DNA from: Neocallimastix sp. 'constans'
Lineage: Eukaryota
Assembly (NCBI GenBank): GCA_050613775.1
Contig: JBODTK010000109.1
Coordinates: 1 to 64,000 of the forward strand
Reading direction: 5' to 3'
DNA length: 64,000 bases
Position numbers and translations under genes: made by a program. Numbering within the stretch: the stretch's first letter is position 1; the number at the start of each line of letters is the position of its first letter. This document shows, piece after piece, positions 59,701 to 64,000 of this stretch. A model generated the notes under the pieces. It searched no databases and was not told the DNA's origin. It saw only the letters and a program-made list of their open reading frames with translations.

Positions 59701-61078
59701 TATAAAAAGGAAAGATATTATTACTACTAATGCTTTGGTAAACGATAATAATAGTAATACTGAAGGTAACGTAAAAGAAAACAATGAAAATAATATTGAT
59801 GATGAAGGTAATAGAAGCGAAAATGGTGGAAATGGTATAGTTGATAATAATAATATAATAATTAATAATAATAACGAAGAGGATACTCCCAGAGAATTTA
59901 TTGATGAAAATGAAAATGAAAAATATATTTCAGAATTTATGAAAAAGTTTTTGACAGAGAGGATTATCACTATTAATGATAAAACATATATTAAAGATAG
60001 AGGTAAACTTAGACTAGTAATAGATGATTATTTGGAAAAAATAAAAATTATCGGAATGGCCCATAGGATCGGCCATGAAGGCCTACAAAAGACATATGAT
60101 AGAATAAAACAAAATTTTTATTGGAAAAATATGATTTTGGATATAAAGAAGTATATTTCAATTTGTAAAATATGCCAATTGAACAGATCGGAACCTTCTC
60201 CCAATTTAGTTGAACAATTTAGAACTCCTATAGAGGCTCCTTTTGTCAGATTAGGATTGGATATTATTGGACCTTTAAAAACTACATCCAAAGGTAATAA
60301 GTATATTATAGTTTGTGTAGATTATTTTACTTTATGGGTTGAAGCTGAAGCCTCTCAAACAATTACTTCTCAAGATGTTATCACCTTTTTAATTAATGTT
60401 TTTAGTAGACATGGGTTACCACAAATAATTAATATGGATAATGGAACCCAGTTGAATAGTGATTTCACCAAAATATTCTTAGATCTTTATGGTGTATATA
60501 TTCATTTTGTTGTTCGTTACCATCCTGCTTCTAATGGCTTGGTCGAAAATAGAAATAGAGAGATTGGAAAACAACTTATGAATTTTGCTGGTAAAAATAA
60601 TGATTGGGATACCTTACTACCTTTAGCTTTATGGGCTATCAGGACTTCAAAATCTTCTGTTAGTGGATATTCAAGTTTTGAATTATTATATGGACGTGAA
60701 GATATACTCCCAAATGAAATCAATATACTTTGTTCATTAGGAGAATCCATTGAGCAACCAATTGAAGAATTATTATTAGAAAGATTAATAGAACATACAA
60801 AATGGATTAAAGATGCAGCCAATAAAAAGTTTGGGACAATTAACTATTGGAAGACAAGAAGAGAAGCAAAGAAAAGTATGGAAAAGATTCATGAATACAA
60901 AATCGGTGATAAAGTAAAAATAAGAATGTTTCAAAGACATAAATTGGACCCTTATTATATTGGGCCCTATACAATCAAAGAAATCACTTGGAATACTGTT
61001 AAATTACAAGAAGATAAAACTGGAATTATATTAAAGAGGAATGTACACATCAAAAATATTCTACCTTATAGAGAATAA
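56789..61078 (+). CDS. pol: E5 Pol (PR-RT-RNaseH-IN) via -1 frameshift; ORF-track ATG at 56996
   Basis: LIDGGS, WRLCIDY, YLDD, TDAS, integrase, GPY; frame open from AAAAAAC at 56789-56795. Confidence 0.94.
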   Translation, partial: KKLDNGRRLTSFNQNANPSIIAATSWNDNYKNIIAAAKRSRDEKYSSLLPKTKRKINNEELSENDYTNKMYYNTINNSPKIKYNLRNRNIVELPLKNKPKINYNINNTKNFNHDITNKHDNENVDNNTLESINDGNLDKLNINKTKVLNDNDFESIGKKIRNNSLDIVDKADLDIMNKVDLDVENNNKNKTDNLNTQNEEIGKNSKVNNLNKIGIGNRMNPTNDKERDKTKDKATRVGQIIQLLEGVEPYDIVEELRNTPANINLAQLLGISSALRADVNRSFKKLKTEEETIIGYAECYDDIENFEIVNNPTHCYCTREVQEHDIAVVSGSVDGYPAAILIDGGSNANLVTRKFLTKFIKNYTVVRTTSGRVHQALSDVEEKVYEIVQLEVQIGTLKIITEFRVVDNGDPIFDIIINLKTQADYKLLVDANSKYLYVRNKINNINGIFSFNVVPLVPLENVQIFQSQAMFCYIIENPPSTIINNINSINENVDKNKILEVLIDNMDIKDLDFKAEFKKILNSYTDVIAVSSDDLEPSELLPHHIELIAGSKPIKQKAYRISQIQLEALKIELKKLIDKGLIVPSHSPWSSPIVLVPKKNGRWRLCIDYRLLNNITKKDAYAIPIIQEIFDALKDAYIFSTLDLFSGYHQIPMFKDDQELTSFTTKFGNYYFKVMPFGLTNALATFQREMNRIFFDLINKCVQIYLDDIIVYSPSIEQHLIDLTNVFEILRNNKLKMNIEKCHFCVYEVEALGHKISNKGLLPIERKVDAIKNLDIPTNISELRSFLGMVGYYRNFIENYASISEPLRKLLRKNSPFIWTKEQTISFDNMKNSLCNAPILCYPRFDKPFIIRTDASYLGIGGVLLQLYEDKIEHPVFYISRSLSKSEHNYSITELEGTAAYYCINKFKPYILGNPFRTILYTDHQPLVPIIKNNEPNTSKHARWCLLFSQLQVDVVYQPGRANILADALSRIKRKDIITTNALVNDNNSNTEGNVKENNENNIDDEGNRSENGGNGIVDNNNIIINNNNEEDTPREFIDENENEKYISEFMKKFLTERIITINDKTYIKDRGKLRLVIDDYLEKIKIIGMAHRIGHEGLQKTYDRIKQNFYWKNMILDIKKYISICKICQLNRSEPSPNLVEQFRTPIEAPFVRLGLDIIGPLKTTSKGNKYIIVCVDYFTLWVEAEASQTITSQDVITFLINVFSRHGLPQIINMDNGTQLNSDFTKIFLDLYGVYIHFVVRYHPASNGLVENRNREIGKQLMNFAGKNNDWDTLLPLALWAIRTSKSSVSGYSSFELLYGREDILPNEINILCSLGESIEQPIEELLLERLIEHTKWIKDAANKKFGTINYWKTRREAKKSMEKIHEYKIGDKVKIRMFQRHKLDPYYIGPYTIKEITWNTVKLQEDKTGIILKRNVHIKNILPYRE

Positions 61079-61085
61079 TATTATA

Positions 61086-61150
<65 letters not shown>

Positions 61151-61252
61151 TATATTATTAACAAAAATTTAATAACAAATTTTTTTTTTTAAAAATTGAA
61201 TCAAAATTTAAATTATAAATTTATCATAATTTTTATAAATTTTGTATTTGAG

Positions 61253-61304
<52 letters not shown>

Positions 61305-62668
61305 ATAGACTTGCACATATGGGTACCCATCTCCCATATGGCCATACAGTTATTAATTAACTGTAAGGTGATGAGTTATTGGCATACTGTATCAGCTTCG
61401 CCGCTCTCAATCGTCGTTACACACTGCCCGGAGATGCATTCCTAACGTTCCTACATATATCTCTAATGACCACGAGCATCAGAACGGAACCATTAACTCC
61501 TCTACCTAGTGGGTGTAATCATTGGCGATTGGAAATTTTACAATCATCAAGGTCTATGCTTCAATTCAAAGCGTAGTATCAGGGTTGGGTGAAATAATCA
61601 TCTGAGGGAAAGCCTTATGGACATCACGTTTGTATTTGAGATATTCAAATTATATTAATGAATATTTTAATAACTAACATAGTAAATATTAAATTTTCTT
61701 TAAAAATGAAATAATATTCTACAATATAATTATCTTATAAAAATTATTATTTTGTTAATAGTCAATTTTATCTTCAATTAAGAATTCTTCTCGTATAGAG
61801 AACTATACTTAATTTCATATATAAATTGCTATCTTAGTGTGGGCAATTTTGATCTAAAACAAATATGTGTAGTAACATATTTGTATATTTAATAATAATT
61901 ATTAAATATTAAATTTATATCTTTTGATAATAATTTTTATAATATATTATTAATTATTCATTATTATATTATAATTACTATTATAATATATATTAAATTA
62001 CATATTATTTTATAATATATTATATTATATTATTTATTTTATAATTATATATTATTATATTAAAATATAATAATATTTTTATATTTAACTTTAATAGGAT
62101 TTTTATTATATTATACAATATATTATTATGTATTATTTTATATTTATTTTTTTATTTTACATATAATATACATTTATTATTTAAATATAGATATTGTATT
62201 CTTATATATATATAATTTATATTATATGTTTAAAATATATTTCATACTATTAAATTTTATAATTTTAAAATGTAATTTCTTAATAATAACCAATTTCTAA
62301 TAAATTAATTTAGAAAAGGGGTTTTTTTAGTTTTTAGGAAAAGGAATAATAAATTAAATAAAGATATAACTATATTATTATAATTAAAATATAGCACATA
62401 AAAGTCCCGTATATCATCTTTTTTATCACATGTATTTAGATTACCAAGTAATATTCACGTGATTGCAACTGGTTAACTAAAGTATCGAAATGATCACCCA
62501 GTTGTTTTTTGGTGATTGGGTTCAAGCAAACCATACTTTTACAACGGTTATTCAGCAATAGCCATCACGATAAGAGCACCAAGGCTGAAAATACATTATG
62601 GCAGTCCAGTAGGGACAAAACCACTTTGTGGAAGTATAATTATATATACTTCCTGGTCATAAAAAAAA

Positions 62669-62935
<267 letters not shown>

Positions 62936-63426
62936 TATCTACTAAAAAATTTATTATTTTATTTTTTCTTTTTTTTTTTTTTATTGTTAAGGATTTTTTG
63001 ACTTTACATTTTTTTTTTTTTTTGTAATCATATTTGTTAATGTGGAACAAAAATCATCATCATTTTAAATTAGTCAATAATTTACCATTAAAAAATTTTT
63101 AAAAAACAATTAAAAAATAAATAAATAAGTAAATAAGTAAATAAATAGATAAATAAATAAATAAAAAAATTTATTAATTATTAAATGATTAATCTACAAT
63201 AATCTGCACATCATTATTAATCTACATATTATAACATGTAGATTAATAATTATTATTTAATTTATAGATTAAATGATTATAAAAAGAAAAGAGCAATAGT
63301 ATCCAAAAAAGTATAAAAGAGAATAAAATTACCTTTATAATAAAGTTTAATTTAGTTATTTCTTTCTTTTTTTTTTAAAAAAAAAAAAATAATAAAAAAA
63401 AAACAACAATAAATCATATTTTAATC

Positions 63427-64000
63427 ATGAGCGATTTTCAAATTAAAGACGGACTGGCTTACCGATTATACGAAGGACAGAAATACAAGAATATCAACGT
63501 AGTATTTATTCATGGTACTGGTTGTAACAAAGACTTCTTAAAGGCGGTCCGGACCGAATTAACGGATTATAACGTTTATTTCTTTGATCTTCCGGGACAT
63601 GGTAATTCAGAAGTTAGAGCCTATACAAAGGAAAGTTATCTAGATGGTATTAGTCACTTTATAAAGGATTTAACGAATGTAATTTTAATTGGTCATTCGT
63701 TAGGAGGAACCTTAACCGTCGGATCCTTGGCAAGAAAACCCAAGAATGTCGTTGGAGGAATTGTAGCTGGTGGCGCTTTAAATTTTGATAATCTACCGGC
63801 CGATTTTTTGAAAGGGGTTCACAACGGAGTCATCAATAAAGATTTGGTGTATGATGGTTTTGGTCATTTGGATCATCCAGAGGTAGTAGAAGCCATTCAA
63901 GCTATGGAACCAGATGAAGTGACCTTAAAGGATTGGCTTCTAGATGAACATATTGATGTCTCGGACGGGATCGAAGAAATTACAGTTCCTGTAAAAGTTA
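63427..64000 (+). CDS. Alpha/beta-fold hydrolase, cut by window end (absent from ORF track)
   Basis: Manual translation MSDFQIKDGLAYRLY..VVFIHGTG..FDLPGHGNS..ILIGHSLGG; open to the end of the window. Confidence 0.9.
   Translation, partial: MSDFQIKDGLAYRLYEGQKYKNINVVFIHGTGCNKDFLKAVRTELTDYNVYFFDLPGHGNSEVRAYTKESYLDGISHFIKDLTNVILIGHSLGGTLTVGSLARKPKNVVGGIVAGGALNFDNLPADFLKGVHNGVINKDLVYDGFGHLDHPEVVEAIQAMEPDEVTLKDWLLDEHIDVSDGIEEITVPVKV

Larger units (their letters stand above)
54362..62416 (+). mobile_element. Ty3/Gypsy LTR retrotransposon E5, full length, apparently intact
   Basis: 567-bp LTRs 54362-54928 and 61850-62416 (one difference seen); 4-bp TSD TCTT; PBS, gag, pol. Confidence 0.96.

Noticed and set aside
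62591..62637. Active hammerhead ribozyme
   Set aside because: Three-stem layout is similar, but the CUGANGA, GAAA and UH core residues are absent

Overview
Very AT-rich eukaryotic DNA, most consistent with an anaerobic gut fungus (Neocallimastigomycota); this is inferred from the intronless pyruvate formate-lyase with an N-terminal organellar-type extension, the base composition and the long homopolymer/(ATT)n tracts. About three quarters of the window is nested transposable elements. Bases 1-33300 hold four Ty3/Gypsy elements (E1, E2 on minus; E3, E4 on plus), two older LTR-like pieces (Y and X) that each carry a tRNA-like A-box/B-box module, and a Copia element lacking integrase. Bases 47380-62416 hold a solo LTR interrupted by a LINE and a Mutator-like element, followed at the same target site by a fifth, apparently intact Gypsy (E5). 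Host genes: a membrane-anchored type-B carboxylesterase, pyruvate formate-lyase, and an alpha/beta hydrolase cut by the window end. Most notable observations: (1) repeated insertion of different elements at the same target site to within 0-1 bp; (2) tRNA-like Pol III modules inside LTR-like sequence with Gypsy insertions just upstream; (3) a Copia whose primer site matches the anticodon arm of tRNA-Lys(CUU) and whose gag stop is an in-frame UGA-CUAG; (4) self-priming in E3/E4 supported by a compensatory base change; (5) a similar -1 frameshift cassette in all five Gypsy elements. Boundaries were read by eye and may be off by a few bases; no database searches or folding programs were run.
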